Shown here: positions 54,988-64,000 of the stretch, one piece after another
How positions within the stretch are numbered: the stretch's first letter is position 1
Layout of the letters: every line of letters starts with the position of its first letter
Source: Bacillus sp. (in: firmicutes)
Lineage (GTDB): Bacteria; Bacillota; Bacilli; Bacillales; Bacillaceae
Assembly: GCA_031180405.1 (NCBI GenBank)
Contig: JAPSLU010000006.1
Location: 336-64,335 of the forward strand
Direction: 5' to 3'
DNA length: 64,000 nucleotides
Program-made: the position numbers and the translations under genes
The notes under the pieces: model-generated
What the model saw: only the letters and a program-made list of their open reading frames with translations
What the model was told of the DNA's origin: nothing
Database searches by the model: none

Positions 54988-55374
54988 ATGAATACTAGAA
55001 TTGAATTAGTTGATACAAAAGTTGAAAATCGTACATTAGTCTTGGAACCTGTAGAACTTCCTTCAGCTTTAAATGAGATAAATGATATAAAAGCTCAAGG
55101 ACAGATGCTGGTTGATTCTGATCATTTAGCTTTTATTTACATACTAGAATCAGGGGATGAATTTGTTTATGCGAGCCTTCCTCATCAAATTTGGCCACAA
55201 TTAAAAGATGCGATGGATAACAGCTATAAGGTCGAGCTGAAAATAAATGATCAACAACTAGAATTAGAAAACCTAATGGAAGAGTTAAGCTATTTATTAG
55301 AAAATATTAAGGATAATGCTAATTATGGAGAAGAAATGGAAAGTAAGGTTGTAGAACTTTTTTCTCTATCTTAA
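54988..55374 (+). CDS. yjbL: UPF0738 / YjbL protein
   Basis: QMLVDSDHLAFIYILE, NIKDNANYGEEM; RBS GAAGGAG. Confidence 0.85.
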   Translation: MNTRIELVDTKVENRTLVLEPVELPSALNEINDIKAQGQMLVDSDHLAFIYILESGDEFVYASLPHQIWPQLKDAMDNSYKVELKINDQQLELENLMEELSYLLENIKDNANYGEEMESKVVELFSLS

Positions 55375-55433
55375 TAGAAAACGTGAGTTAGTTTTTTTAG
55401 GACAGCAGGCGGTTGCGTAAGGGGGATACATAG

Positions 55434-56063
55434 ATGGAAGGTCAACAATGGAAATCATTTTTGGCTCCTTATAACCAAGCAGTGGAGGAACTAAAGGTTA
55501 AGTTAAGAGGAATTCGATCCCAATATGAGCTTGAGCATTCTCATTCTCCAATCGAGTTTGTTACGGGTCGTGTAAAGCCGATAGCTAGTATCTTGGATAA
55601 AGCAAAGCGAAAAGATATTGCAATGGAAGACATAGAAGAAGGACTTCAGGATATCGCTGGAATTCGAATGATGTGTCAGTTTGTGGATGATATTCGGTTT
55701 GTTGTTAATATGCTAAAAAGTCGTAATGACTTAGAAATTATTGAAGAACGAGATTATATAACGAATCAAAAGGATAGTGGCTATCGATCTTTTCATCTAG
55801 TTGCAAGATATCCAGTTCAAACGATAGCAGGAGAAAAAAAGCTATTAGTTGAAATTCAAATTCGAACGTTATCCATGAATTTTTGGGCAACAATTGAACA
55901 TTCAATAAATTATAAATATAGCGGTAACATCCCGGATAATATCAAAGTTCGGTTAAAACGAGCAGCTGAAGCAGCGTATTTATTAGATGAAGAAATGTCC
56001 CAAATTAGAGGGGAAATCCAAGAAGCACAAGCTATTTTCTCAAGAAAAACGGATAAAAATTAA
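55434..56063 (+). CDS. relQ: Small alarmone synthetase RelQ (YjbM/SasB)
   Basis: EFVTGRVK, DIAGIR, SGYRSFH, EIQIRT, WATIEH. Confidence 0.95.
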   Translation: MEGQQWKSFLAPYNQAVEELKVKLRGIRSQYELEHSHSPIEFVTGRVKPIASILDKAKRKDIAMEDIEEGLQDIAGIRMMCQFVDDIRFVVNMLKSRNDLEIIEERDYITNQKDSGYRSFHLVARYPVQTIAGEKKLLVEIQIRTLSMNFWATIEHSINYKYSGNIPDNIKVRLKRAAEAAYLLDEEMSQIRGEIQEAQAIFSRKTDKN

Positions 56064-56131
56064 AAAAGAATAGATGGATGGAACAAACACTAGCCTTATT
56101 ATGAAAATAAAACGATAAAGGGGTAGTATCT

Positions 56132-56935
56132 ATGAAATTTGCAATTTCATCAAAGGGTGACCCGATTTCTAACTCAATTATGCAAAAGATGAAAACCTAT
56201 TTATTAGATTTTCAACTTGAATATGATGAAGATCGTCCAGATATTGTCATTTCTGTTGGAGGTGATGGTACTCTTTTATACGCTTTTCATCGCTATAGAA
56301 GCAGATTAGACAAAACAGCCTTCATTGGTGTACATACAGGTCATTTAGGGTTTTATGCCGACTGGGTTCCTGATGAAATTGAAAAGCTAGTTATTGCTAT
56401 TGCGAAAACACCTTATCAGATTGTGGAATATCCAATCCTAGAGGTTATCATTCGTCACAATGACGGAGGCCGTGAGGCGAGGTATTTGGCTCTTAATGAA
56501 TGTACGGTCAAAAGCATTGAAGGAACGCTTGTAATGAATGTTGAGATTAAGGGGCAGATGTTTGAAACCTTTAGAGGGGATGGTCTTTGCATTTCAACAC
56601 CTTCCGGGAGTACTGCTTATAATAAAGCACTAGGCGGAGCGATTTTACACCCGTCATTACGTGCCATTCAATTGGCAGAAATGGCCTCAATCAATAATCG
56701 CGTCTTTCGTACGATCGGATCACCCCTTATTTTACCGGAGCATCATACATGCATGTTAAAGCCCGTGAACGATGTTGATTTTCAAATTACAATTGATCAT
56801 CTTACTTTGTTGCATAAAGATGTTAAATCCATTCAATGCAGAGTGGCGAATGAAAATGTTCGATTTGCTCGTTTCAAACCATTCCCATTTTGGAAACGAG
56901 TACGTGATTCTTTCGTTGGAGATGTAGAAAAATAA
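56132..56935 (+). CDS. ppnK: NAD kinase
   Basis: [23 protein letters not shown]. Confidence 0.96.
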   Translation: MKFAISSKGDPISNSIMQKMKTYLLDFQLEYDEDRPDIVISVGGDGTLLYAFHRYRSRLDKTAFIGVHTGHLGFYADWVPDEIEKLVIAIAKTPYQIVEYPILEVIIRHNDGGREARYLALNECTVKSIEGTLVMNVEIKGQMFETFRGDGLCISTPSGSTAYNKALGGAILHPSLRAIQLAEMASINNRVFRTIGSPLILPEHHTCMLKPVNDVDFQITIDHLTLLHKDVKSIQCRVANENVRFARFKPFPFWKRVRDSFVGDVEK

Positions 56936-57834
56936 TGGACACTTCGTTTCACCTTCAATGGACTATTCGCAAGGAAGAAGATGAAATGCTTGTATTTGAC
57001 TATGTTAAAGAGAAGAAGATCTCGAAGCGTGCCTTAACAGATATTAAATTTAATGGCGGAGACATACTAGTTAACTCTGAGCACGTAACTGTTAGACATA
57101 AGCTAAAAGAGGGAGATATTTTAACAGTCATATTTCCCAAAGAGGAAAGAGGATCTGGCTTACAAGCAGATCTCGTCCCATTTGACGTCGTTTATGAGGA
57201 TCAACATTGCTTAGTGATAAATAAACCCCCATTTGTTCCATCAATACCGTCTAGGGACCATATAAGAGGGACATTAGCTAATGGGTTAATTCATTACTAT
57301 GAAAAGCATAACATTCCTTCCACGATACATATAGTGAATCGGTTGGATAAGGACACATCAGGGCTTATGCTCGTTGCGAAGCATCGTTTTGCTCATTCCT
57401 TGTTTTCAGATCAACAAAAAACTAAGAAAATTCATCGTACCTATCAAGCCATTGTGCACGGTGTAATGAGTGACATGGAAGGAACCATTTCTAGTCCAAT
57501 TGGACGGAAAAAGGATAGTATTATCGAGAGAGAAGTCTGTGAGGACGGCCAGGATGCAGTTACTCATTATCAAGTGCTTCAGACATTTAAAGACAAAACG
57601 CATGTCAAACTTGTGCTAGAGACCGGACGAACCCATCAAATTCGTGTACATCTATCATCGATCGGACATCCTTTATGTGGTGATCAATTATACGGTGGCA
57701 ATGAAAGGCAGATTAATAGACAAGCTCTTCATAGTTCACAGTTGTCGTTTTGGCACCATTTGTTAGAGGAACACCTAGAATTTGAGGCACATCTGCCTGA
57801 AGATATGATGAACTTACTTAGCCCCACTGTTTGA
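56935..57834 (+). CDS. yjbO: RluA-family pseudouridine synthase
   Basis: NRLDKDTSGL, LETGRTHQIRVH, GHPLCGDQLYG. Confidence 0.93.
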   Translation: MDTSFHLQWTIRKEEDEMLVFDYVKEKKISKRALTDIKFNGGDILVNSEHVTVRHKLKEGDILTVIFPKEERGSGLQADLVPFDVVYEDQHCLVINKPPFVPSIPSRDHIRGTLANGLIHYYEKHNIPSTIHIVNRLDKDTSGLMLVAKHRFAHSLFSDQQKTKKIHRTYQAIVHGVMSDMEGTISSPIGRKKDSIIEREVCEDGQDAVTHYQVLQTFKDKTHVKLVLETGRTHQIRVHLSSIGHPLCGDQLYGGNERQINRQALHSSQLSFWHHLLEEHLEFEAHLPEDMMNLLSPTV

Positions 57835-57894
57835 AATTAGTGGGGTTTTTTATTGTTAAGAAAATTTTGAAATTCCTTGAACGCTATGTACTTC

Positions 57895-58030
57895 CGAATC
57901 TTACTTTTTGCAAAAAAAGTAAGATGGCTAGCTCCTAGAGGAGCTAGCCACAACTAATTAAAGTAAAGATCGTCTTCTAATCAAATGCTTTTTTAGCCTG
58001 AGAGGGGCTAATTAAGGCGCTTACGCTTTT
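57895..58030. repeat. Degenerate hairpin repeat between convergent yjbO and prpE
   Basis: ATCTTACTTTTTGCAAAAAAAGTAAGAT (similar to 24774-24799), TGGCTAGCTCC/GGAGCTAGCCA, end AAGGCGCTTACGCTTTT. Confidence 0.55.
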
Positions 58031-58042
58031 ATTTCGGGACAT

Positions 58043-58774
58043 TCACGCTCTAAACCTTGACTCATCATATGGAAGGCTGGAACTTACGTAAACAAGCTCG
58101 TCCTCAGGATAACGAAACGCGGTAAGTTTATTACCAAAAACCGCTCCGGTGTCAATGTTAATTGTTCGATTGACACGTCTTGGTTCTTTAATCGGAGTGT
58201 GACCATACACGATCATTGGTTTGCCTTGATAATGCTGGGCCCAGTCGCGGCGTTCAGGAGTTCCATCAGGATTCTTCTTTCCAGTGATATCACCATATAA
58301 TACAAACGTTTTAACGGCATTGGTGTTTTTTCCTATATAATCCTCACGAATGCCAGCGTGTGCTACAACTAATTTTCCATTATCAAGAATTTGATAAAGA
58401 TGTGATGACTCATAAAGCCACATAAATTTGTTTTTGATGTCCGCCTGTTCCTTAGGCGAAAGCTGTTCATATTCTGCAACGGTTGTTTCAAGTCCATGAG
58501 TAATTTGTACCTTATTTCCTAGAAAAAAGCGATAAAGCTTATTACAATGATTTCCAGGTGAATAGTGGGCAAGGTTCTCTTTTACGAGTTGATAAACAAC
58601 CTCAATAACTCGAATCGAGTTTGGTCCACGATCTGTTAAGTCTCCTACAAATGATAGCTTCCGTCCATCAGAATGAACTGGTATACCAGATGTCCAGTCA
58701 TAACCCAGTTTTTTTGTTAACTCCTGAAATTCTGCAAAACAACCATGGATGTCACCGATAATATCTACCTTCAT
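58043..58774 (-). CDS. prpE: PrpE Ap4A hydrolase / metallophosphatase
   Basis: [28 protein letters not shown]; RBS GAGGTGG before ATG 58774. Confidence 0.93.
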   Translation of the reverse strand: MKVDIIGDIHGCFAEFQELTKKLGYDWTSGIPVHSDGRKLSFVGDLTDRGPNSIRVIEVVYQLVKENLAHYSPGNHCNKLYRFFLGNKVQITHGLETTVAEYEQLSPKEQADIKNKFMWLYESSHLYQILDNGKLVVAHAGIREDYIGKNTNAVKTFVLYGDITGKKNPDGTPERRDWAQHYQGKPMIVYGHTPIKEPRRVNRTINIDTGAVFGNKLTAFRYPEDELVYVSSSLPYDESRFRA

Positions 58775-58857
58775 ATGTAACCACCTCATTATCCCTATTG
58801 TTTTAAGCCATACTTACACACAAAAAGTGGTACCCTTTTGATAGAGTACCACTTCTA

Positions 58858-60033
58858 TTAATCAAACATGTATTTTCTGGTGCGGGAACGCACATTAAGT
58901 ACAATCCCAATCGCCACCATATAGGTAGCCAATGAGCTACCGCCATAGCTAACAAACGGTAACGGTAAGCCTGTGATAGGAAGAAGTCCTATTGTCATGC
59001 CAATATTCTGAAAAACCTGAAACGTAATCATCCCAATAACACCTGTGCAGAGGTAGCTACCAAATGGATCATTACTTTCTAGAGAGATATGAATCATTCG
59101 GTAAATGAGCAAAAAGAACAACGATACAACCATACTACCACCAATAAAACCAAACTGCTCAGAAATAATCGCAAAGATAAAGTCAGTGTGGGCTTCAGGT
59201 AAGTAAACTTCTAAGTTATTATACCCTTTTCCGTGTAACTCTCCAGATCCAATAGCAAGAAGAGATTTAACAAGCTGAAAGCCTTGTTCTCCTGAATATT
59301 CATAAGGGTTTAACCAACCATAAAATCGATCCAATTGATAGGATTTACCACCAAGAACATATTTTAATAGGATATCTGGATATTTAAAAAACAGAATGAG
59401 AAATGTTCCAGTTCCAACCACGAAAGTAATGACGGCTGGTAAAATAATTCTCCATTTAATGCCCGAGATCAGTAGTATAGAGGAGATAATAACACAAAAT
59501 ACCATGGTCATTCCCATATCTGGTTGCCGAATTAACAAAAGAACTGGGGGGCCAGCAGCTGCCGCTATTTTTCCAATAAGGAGAAAGTCATCTTTTGTTG
59601 TGTTTTGTGGATACTTCTCACGATGGTCTGCTGCGACCTTACTTAAAACAATAATAATGATAATTTTCATTAATTCCGATGGCTGGAAATTTCCTAATGG
59701 ACCAAGTTTATACCAGGCTGTTGCTCCTTTAATGGTTTGAACGATGCCTTCTGGTAATACCTCTAAACCAAGTAATAGTAATAGTCCAAACCCATATAAA
59801 TACCACGCAAGCTGCCTAAAACGATCATAGTCGATGAGCATGGTTCCAACAATAGCAACTGCACCAATAATGTACCATTGAATCTGCTTCATCGAGAAGT
59901 TAATGTTTTGCAGTGTTGCAGGTAAGGTTGTTTCGGCACTATTTATTGCGATTGTACTTAGAATTGCCAATAAAAATAATATGAAAATTAATGTATAATC
60001 AATTTGTTGTTGAGGGGATTTATCGTTTGTCAT
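58858..60033 (-). CDS. SEDS-family peptidoglycan glycosyltransferase (RodA-like)
   Basis: FQPSELMK, QPDMG, LPEAHTDFIF, LPITGLPLPFVSYGGSS. Confidence 0.92.
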   Translation of the reverse strand: MTNDKSPQQQIDYTLIFILFLLAILSTIAINSAETTLPATLQNINFSMKQIQWYIIGAVAIVGTMLIDYDRFRQLAWYLYGFGLLLLLGLEVLPEGIVQTIKGATAWYKLGPLGNFQPSELMKIIIIIVLSKVAADHREKYPQNTTKDDFLLIGKIAAAAGPPVLLLIRQPDMGMTMVFCVIISSILLISGIKWRIILPAVITFVVGTGTFLILFFKYPDILLKYVLGGKSYQLDRFYGWLNPYEYSGEQGFQLVKSLLAIGSGELHGKGYNNLEVYLPEAHTDFIFAIISEQFGFIGGSMVVSLFFLLIYRMIHISLESNDPFGSYLCTGVIGMITFQVFQNIGMTIGLLPITGLPLPFVSYGGSSLATYMVAIGIVLNVRSRTRKYMFD

Positions 60034-60313
60034 AATCGATCCCTTTCTAAAATCTTTTAACTTGAAATCAGTGTATCTTCATTGTATCATTTACAATCTT
60101 AAAGGATTGTGAACGATTTGCAAAGAATCGTTTTACTTTAATTGTTTCATTTGTGTAAATACTATTTATCTTATTGCTTCACCAATTACATATAGAATAT
60201 TATAGTTATTATAATATGAAGCACAATATGTAGAAATGCTTAGATTCTTGTCGAAAAAATGAAGGATTATTTTTCACTATATAGATAAATCATCCAAAGG
60301 AGAGGAGGAACAT

Positions 60314-61684
60314 ATGATGTCTGAGGAAAGAGAACAAGTAGAGCTTGAAGAGGAAGCACTTCGAACAAGTCTAACAGATAGAAATATGGATGAATTCCGT
60401 TCTGTTTTTTTAGAGCAACATCCATATGATCAAGCAAGCCTGTTTCGCAAACTTGATCCTGACCAACGAAATACAGTTTATCAGTTTCTTTCCCCAGAAG
60501 AAATGGCTGCAGTATTTGAAAACATAGAAGATGAAGATGGCCAATATGAGACATATCTATCGGAAATGGATCCAACATTTGCAGCACAGATGCTTGCTCA
60601 TATGTATGCGGATGATGCTGTTGATGTCCTAAATGAATTAGATAAAGATCAAGTTGCCAGTTATTTAACAATAATGGACAATGAAGCAGCGGAAGAAATT
60701 CGAGAATTGCTCCATTATGAAGAATATACTGCAGGAAGTATCATGACAACGGAGTATATCTCAATTCATGCAAATCAAACGGTCCATTCGGCCATGCACA
60801 TATTAAAGAAAGAAGCACCTAATGCTGAAACAATTTATTATGTGTTTGTCATTGATGAGGAAGAAAAGCTAGCTGGGGTTATATCGCTTAGAGATTTGAT
60901 TATAAGTGAACCTGATACGATGATTTCAGAAATTATGAACGAGCGCGTATACTCTGTAAGTGTTGCTGAGGATCAAGAAGAAGTAGCAAGGAAAATGAAG
61001 GATTATAACTTCTTAGCTCTTCCAGTTGTTGATTTCCAAGGTCATTTGCTTGGGATTATTACTGTCGATGATATCGTTGATGTTATCGATGAAGAAGCAA
61101 GTGATGATTATTCAAAACTAGCTGCAGTCTCAGATGTTGACTCAACAGATCGAAGTCCGTTTGGGGCAGCAAAAAAAAGGCTGCCATGGTTAATTATTTT
61201 ATTATTTTTAGGAATGTTTACAGCCAGTTTAATAGGACGATTTGAGGCTACGTTAGAAAAAGTGGCAATCTTAGCTGTTTTTATTCCATTAATAGCTGGA
61301 ATGGCAGGAAATACAGGGACACAAGCATTAGCGGTAGCAGTTAGAAGAATTTCGCTCGGCGATGCTCAAGATCAACGATTAGGTAAAATGGTTTTAAAAG
61401 AAGCAGGTACAGGACTTATTACTGGGACGATTTGTGGTATTGTTGTTGCTCTCGTTGTCTTTGTTTGGCAAGGGAAACTTTTTTTAGGAATGCTAGTCGG
61501 GTTGTCGATTTTAGCAACATTAACTGTTGCGACGATCTCAGGTGCCTTCATTCCTTTAATCATGCACAAGTTAAAAGTGGATCCTGCAGTAGCATCAGGA
61601 CCATTTATTACAACTATTAATGACATTATTAGTATTTTAATCTATTTTGGAATGGCGACTTTATTTATGCAATATTTAATATGA
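60314..61684 (+). CDS. mgtE: Magnesium transporter MgtE
   Basis: Acidic N domain, CBS pair (TAGSIMTTE, GIITVDD), RLPWL, GNTGTQ, DPAVASGPFITTIND. Confidence 0.96.
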   Translation: MMSEEREQVELEEEALRTSLTDRNMDEFRSVFLEQHPYDQASLFRKLDPDQRNTVYQFLSPEEMAAVFENIEDEDGQYETYLSEMDPTFAAQMLAHMYADDAVDVLNELDKDQVASYLTIMDNEAAEEIRELLHYEEYTAGSIMTTEYISIHANQTVHSAMHILKKEAPNAETIYYVFVIDEEEKLAGVISLRDLIISEPDTMISEIMNERVYSVSVAEDQEEVARKMKDYNFLALPVVDFQGHLLGIITVDDIVDVIDEEASDDYSKLAAVSDVDSTDRSPFGAAKKRLPWLIILLFLGMFTASLIGRFEATLEKVAILAVFIPLIAGMAGNTGTQALAVAVRRISLGDAQDQRLGKMVLKEAGTGLITGTICGIVVALVVFVWQGKLFLGMLVGLSILATLTVATISGAFIPLIMHKLKVDPAVASGPFITTINDIISILIYFGMATLFMQYLI

Positions 61685-61796
61685 ATAAACGGTTCTGAGC
61701 GTATTGATACAAAATCAATACGATGTTGGATATGATATAGTCTATAGACTTTTCATTTTGACAGATTGAAAAAAATTAGCATAAGGAGGGGATACG

Positions 61797-63644
61797 ATGC
61801 ATGGAGCGTCTGTAACTTCATTAGTTATTGTTATTCTCGCAGCATTTTTAACCCCAATTTTACTCCACCGATTAAAGCTGAATTTTATGCCTGTAGTTGT
61901 AGCTGAGATCATTATCGGCTTATTCATTGGGAAAAGTGGTTTTAATCTTGTTCATCAAGATATGTGGCTTGAGACATTGTCAATGCTCGGATTTATCTTT
62001 CTTATGTTCTTAAGTGGTTTGGAAATTGATTTCACCGCATTTGCTGGAGGAAAAAAGAAAGAGAAGCTTTCTTCAGGTAAAAATGCCCCAAATACATTTT
62101 TAGTATCATCGATTGTTTTTGCAGGTATTTTTGCTTTATCCCTACTGCTTTCATATATGTTTGTATGGATAGGGTTAATGGATAATGCCTTCTTAATGAC
62201 TTTGATCATATCAACGATTTCATTAGGTGTTGTTGTTCCAACATTAAAGGATGCTGGAATCATGAAATCAAACATTGGGCAAATTATTTTACTAGTTGCT
62301 GTTATTGCTGACCTAGTTACGATGATTTTGCTCGCGGTATTTGCCTCAATCTATGGAGGCGGAGAAAGCAACACATGGCTTTTATTAGTACTGTTCGGGG
62401 CTGGTGTTGGTCTATATTTCTTAGGAAAGACTTTTATGAATCGCTCCTTTATTGAGACAATGTCAAAGGGAACGATTCAAATTGGGACACGTGCTGTTTT
62501 CACCTTAATCATTTTATTAGTGGCGATATCTGAAACAATTGGTGCAGAAAATATTCTTGGTGCCTTTTTAGCAGGGGTATTGGTATCACTTCTATCTCCA
62601 AATAAAGAAATGGTGCAAAAGCTTGATTCGTTCGGCTATGGATTCCTAATCCCGATTTTCTTTGTAATGGTTGGTGTCGATTTAGATATTTGGGCTCTAT
62701 TTAAAGACCCGAAGATCTTTATTCTTATTCCCTTGCTATTTATTGCTCTACTAATTTCTAAAATTTTACCAATTTTCTATTTGAAAAAATGGTATGACAT
62801 GAAAACTACCCTTGCATCAGGATTTCTCTTAACTTCAACCTTATCCTTAGTTATAGCTGCAGCAACAATTGGGGAGAGAATGGAGATCATTACGTCAGAA
62901 ATGTCTGGGGCTTTGATTTTGGTTGCAGTTATCACAAGTATTGTCACGCCAATTTTCTTTAAAAAGCTCTTTCCTAAAAATGAAGGAGAACCTTCTAAAA
63001 TTAAGGTGGCGTTTATTGGGGCAAATCAAATGACATTACCTGTTACAAGAGAATTAAATTCTGATCTTTATGAAACAACGGTTTATCATATACAACAGGA
63101 TAAGATCGATCAGCAAATAGCGGAATCATTGTTTGAAATCAAAGAAATTGACGAATTTCAAGTTCAGGCTTTGAAAGAACAAAATGCTTTTGAAGTTGAT
63201 ATGATCGTTGTTGCGACTGGTGACGAGCAGAAGAACGCTGATATTGCCTTGTTTGCAAAAGAAGAACAGGTTGATCGAGTCATTGCAAGTGTTGGTTCCC
63301 CGGAATTAGCAACAAAATTAAAGGATGAAGGGATCGACATCTTCTCGACATTATTATCGACGAAAACAATGCTACGTGCTCTTATAGAAGCACCAAGTGT
63401 AATGAGAATTCTAACAAACCAAGAAACAACTCTTTATCAAATTAATTTAAATAATCCAAAATATGATAATATTTTATTACGTAATTTTCCATTTACGGGA
63501 GATATTATTTTCGTAAGGATATTTAGAGGGAAAGATTCAATTGTTCCACATGGTGACACAGATCTTAAACTTTCTGATCGTCTCATTGTGACAGGTTCAC
63601 GAGAGTATGTAAAAGAACTAAAACATGAGCTTGAATTAATATAG
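61797..63644 (+). CDS. yjbQ: CPA2 cation:proton antiporter with RCK/TrkA domains
   Basis: Many TM segments, FLSGLEID, LGAFLAG, C-terminal TrkA-C (IFRGKDSIVPHGDT). Confidence 0.92.
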   Translation: MHGASVTSLVIVILAAFLTPILLHRLKLNFMPVVVAEIIIGLFIGKSGFNLVHQDMWLETLSMLGFIFLMFLSGLEIDFTAFAGGKKKEKLSSGKNAPNTFLVSSIVFAGIFALSLLLSYMFVWIGLMDNAFLMTLIISTISLGVVVPTLKDAGIMKSNIGQIILLVAVIADLVTMILLAVFASIYGGGESNTWLLLVLFGAGVGLYFLGKTFMNRSFIETMSKGTIQIGTRAVFTLIILLVAISETIGAENILGAFLAGVLVSLLSPNKEMVQKLDSFGYGFLIPIFFVMVGVDLDIWALFKDPKIFILIPLLFIALLISKILPIFYLKKWYDMKTTLASGFLLTSTLSLVIAAATIGERMEIITSEMSGALILVAVITSIVTPIFFKKLFPKNEGEPSKIKVAFIGANQMTLPVTRELNSDLYETTVYHIQQDKIDQQIAESLFEIKEIDEFQVQALKEQNAFEVDMIVVATGDEQKNADIALFAKEEQVDRVIASVGSPELATKLKDEGIDIFSTLLSTKTMLRALIEAPSVMRILTNQETTLYQINLNNPKYDNILLRNFPFTGDIIFVRIFRGKDSIVPHGDTDLKLSDRLIVTGSREYVKELKHELELI

Positions 63645-63739
63645 CTTAAGTCTGTTAGAAGATTTTTTAAATGAAATTTCTTGAAACTTTGAACACATTT
63701 GGTATGATATTAAAGTAAGATATAAATATTGATAAGAAA

Positions 63740-63836
63740 AACCGCTAGGGGAGCCCTATACAATGGGCTGAGATTAAAGTGCTTCTTTAAGACCCTTATA
63801 ACCTGATCTGGTTTATACCAGCGTAGGGAAGTGGCT
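63740..63836 (+). ncRNA. TPP riboswitch (regulated gene outside window)
   Basis: CTAGGGGAGCCC..GGGCTGAGA..GACCCTT..ACCTGATCTGGTTTATACCAGCGTAGGGAAGTGG. Confidence 0.95.
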
Positions 63837-63862
63837 TACAGGCATGATACCTTAATGTATGT

Positions 63863-63898
63863 AAAACCACTTTCCTACGGGAAAGTGGTTTTTTGTTT
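63863..63898 (+). terminator. TPP riboswitch terminator
   Basis: AAAACCACTTTCC tacg GGAAAGTGGTTTTTT. Confidence 0.9.
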
Positions 63899-63900
63899 AA

Positions 63901-64000
63901 GGCTCTTTTCTGAGAAATTGTTGCTTTAGGGCTATTTTCTGGAGGAATACAGAGTTTTTACTGTTTTTAAAAGAAAGGATGCCGCTAGACTTGATACAGG
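63901..64000 (-). mobile_element. GGC..GCC MITE in opposite orientation, truncated by the window end
   Basis: Starts GGCTCTTTTCTGAGAAATTGTTGCT; the reverse complement of the window end (CCTGTATCAAGTCTAGCGGCATC) matches the core of the 31213 copy. Confidence 0.8.

Overview
AT-rich Bacillaceae core-chromosome segment, syntenic with the B. subtilis yit-arg-yja-yjb region. Gene order: metH (runs off the left edge), yitJ under a SAM-I riboswitch, yajQ, cvfB, degV, yitT, yitU/V/W, argCJBD-carAB-argF, uppP, med-comZ, fabH-fabF, trpS (T-box), oppABCDF, yjbC-spx, mecA, cls, coiA, pepF, RoxS/RsaE sRNA, yjbH-yjbI, cwlQ, relQ-ppnK-yjbO, prpE, a SEDS gene, mgtE, yjbQ and a TPP riboswitch. I see no phage, CRISPR, rRNA or tRNA. 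The unusual material is mostly non-coding. (1) The SAM-I riboswitch has a ~230-bp palindromic insert in P3, flanked by a 6-bp direct repeat. (2) pepF has two ribosome-binding sites and two starts, one adding a signal peptide, and sits behind an unannotated small ORF. (3) There are at least three families of miniature mobile repeats: GGC..GCC MITEs with 8-bp target duplications, IS1182-type elements that duplicate whole terminators, and TTTATT-flanked hairpin repeats. One MITE carries a Bacillaceae-1-like core and another interrupts a 21-bp periodic array. All calls were made by eye; no searches or folding were run.
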